The notes beneath the pieces were generated by a model. The model had not been told where the DNA came from. It did not search any database and saw only the letters and a list, made by a program, of their open reading frames with translations. A DNA stretch of 64,000 bases from Thermovirgaceae bacterium (GTDB lineage Bacteria > Synergistota > Synergistia > Synergistales > Thermovirgaceae): NCBI GenBank assembly GCA_040767805.1, contig JAXGNU010000005.1, positions 64,001-128,000 on the forward strand, written 5' to 3'. The number at the start of each line of letters is the position of its first letter. Position 1 is the stretch's first letter. Positions 62,884 through 64,000 of this stretch are shown here, in pieces. A program made the translations under genes and the position numbers.

Positions 62884-63744
62884 TCATCCCGCCGCCAACA
62901 GCGCTACACCGGCCAGGATGACGGCCGACCCCGTCATCCTGCGCTTCCTGTCGCCCTCGCCGAGGACCGTCGTCCCCAGGTACGTCCCGATCACGACGCT
63001 GACCTCCCTCGCCGGGGCCACCAGGCTCAGGGGGGTGAAGGAGAGGGCGTAGAGCACGGCCAGGTAAGCCGCTGCCGACATCAGGGCGATGAAAAAGGCC
63101 GGCCTCCTGTTGCGCTCCCACTGGAAGAGGATCCCCTCGGGGTCGCGGAGGGCTGGAGGCGAGAGAAGGACCGTCTGGAAGGCGATGATGGCGAAGAAAA
63201 AAAGGACGGGGGGGAAGGACCGGAGCCCCACGGCCACCCTGTCCACCAGGGAGTAACCGGCGATGCACGCCCCCGTCGCGATGCCCAGCAGGGGTGCCGC
63301 CCTGGAGCGGGAGTCCCTGAAGAGGGAGGCGCCCCCGGCGATCCAGAGTATCCCCGCGATGACCAGGCCCGTACCGGCCTGGTTCAGCAGCGTGGGCTCC
63401 TCGCCCAGCAGCGCGATCGCCAGCAGGGTGGAAAGCAGCGGCCCCGTCCCCCTCGCGAGGGGGTAGACGATGGACAGGTCGCCGGCCCTGTACCCCTTCT
63501 GGAGGAGGATATAGTAACCGGCCTCGAAGGCGGCGCTTGCCGCGGCCAGGAGTACGAGGGGCGTCCCGAAGCGGCAGGCCCCGCCCCGGGAGGCGAAAAG
63601 AGCGAAGGGAAAAAGGAGCAGCGAGGCGAAAAGGGAGAAAAGCCACGCGAAGGCCGCGCCGCCGGCGACGCGCTTGGCGACCAGGTTCCACCCTGCATGG
63701 AGAAAAGCCGCTGTAACGACCAGGAACAGGGAAAACAGCGTCAT
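62884..63744 (-). CDS. EamA/DMT family transporter
   Basis: HAGWNL, GDLSIVYPLARG, VAPARE; multiple TM helices. Confidence 0.88.
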   Translation of the reverse strand: MTLFSLFLVVTAAFLHAGWNLVAKRVAGGAAFAWLFSLFASLLLFPFALFASRGGACRFGTPLVLLAAASAAFEAGYYILLQKGYRAGDLSIVYPLARGTGPLLSTLLAIALLGEEPTLLNQAGTGLVIAGILWIAGGASLFRDSRSRAAPLLGIATGACIAGYSLVDRVAVGLRSFPPVLFFFAIIAFQTVLLSPPALRDPEGILFQWERNRRPAFFIALMSAAAYLAVLYALSFTPLSLVAPAREVSVVIGTYLGTTVLGEGDRKRRMTGSAVILAGVALLAAG

Positions 63745-63808
63745 GGCAGCCGTTGACCTTTCGCGCCTTCTGGCTTTTCCGATTCACAACTGGCTATTCA
63801 CGGTTTCT

Positions 63809-64000
63809 TCACTCCACCCCCGGCTCCACCACGGTCAGCGTCGACCTCGAACCGTCCAGCACGGCCCGCGCCCCCATGGGCAGGGTGGCCTTCCTCGGCC
63901 CGTGGCCGAAGCAGGCGTTCACCAGCGTCGGCTTCCCCTCGGGGACGAGGATCGCTTCCAGGACCTCCGGCAGGGTGAAGGAATCCTTCGGCTTCCTCGG
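63809..64000 (-). CDS. C-terminus of an S66 LD-carboxypeptidase (MccF/LdcA-like), partial
   Basis: Hand translation ...ILVPEGKPTLVNACFGHGPRKATLPMGARAVLD...* contains the FGH...TLP.G motif. Confidence 0.75.
   Translation of the reverse strand, partial: PRKPKDSFTLPEVLEAILVPEGKPTLVNACFGHGPRKATLPMGARAVLDGSRSTLTVVEPGVE

Overview
This is a GC-rich bacterial chromosomal segment spanning the replication origin. Gene content and order suggest an amino-acid-fermenting diderm anaerobe, probably Synergistota (inference). Positions 1-22.6 kb are the oriC core: dnaA-dnaN-recF-mnmG-dciA, DnaA boxes on both sides of dnaA with a DnaA-trio unwinding module, satellite DnaA-box clusters, two perfect parS sites, rsmG-parA-parB, and housekeeping genes. 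Positions 22.6-47.6 kb carry a serC-serA-pspA operon, a nitrilase/Rid/TRAP/DUF1989 catabolic cluster with a larA deletion scar, a CpxRA-like two-component system near a Spy/CpxP-like repeat protein, and proC. Positions 47.7-62 kb are a visibly more AT-rich catabolic island: FadR regulator, two intact IS elements with IRs and TSDs, TRAP transporter, opine dehydrogenase, fused serine dehydratase, two OCD/mu-crystallin paralogs, and grdE-grdB(Sec)-grdX. Three observations stand out, all missed or truncated by the ORF track. (1) A leader-peptide attenuator with 8 consecutive Ser codons precedes serC-serA-pspA. (2) A Pro-codon leader attenuator precedes proC. (3) A divergent selenocysteine glycine-reductase-family protein B (UxxGxxC, with SECIS) sits in an opine-catabolic operon, suggesting an undescribed Stickland-type fermentation of an N-carboxyalkyl amino acid. 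All calls are by motif recognition and hand-folding; no searches were run.
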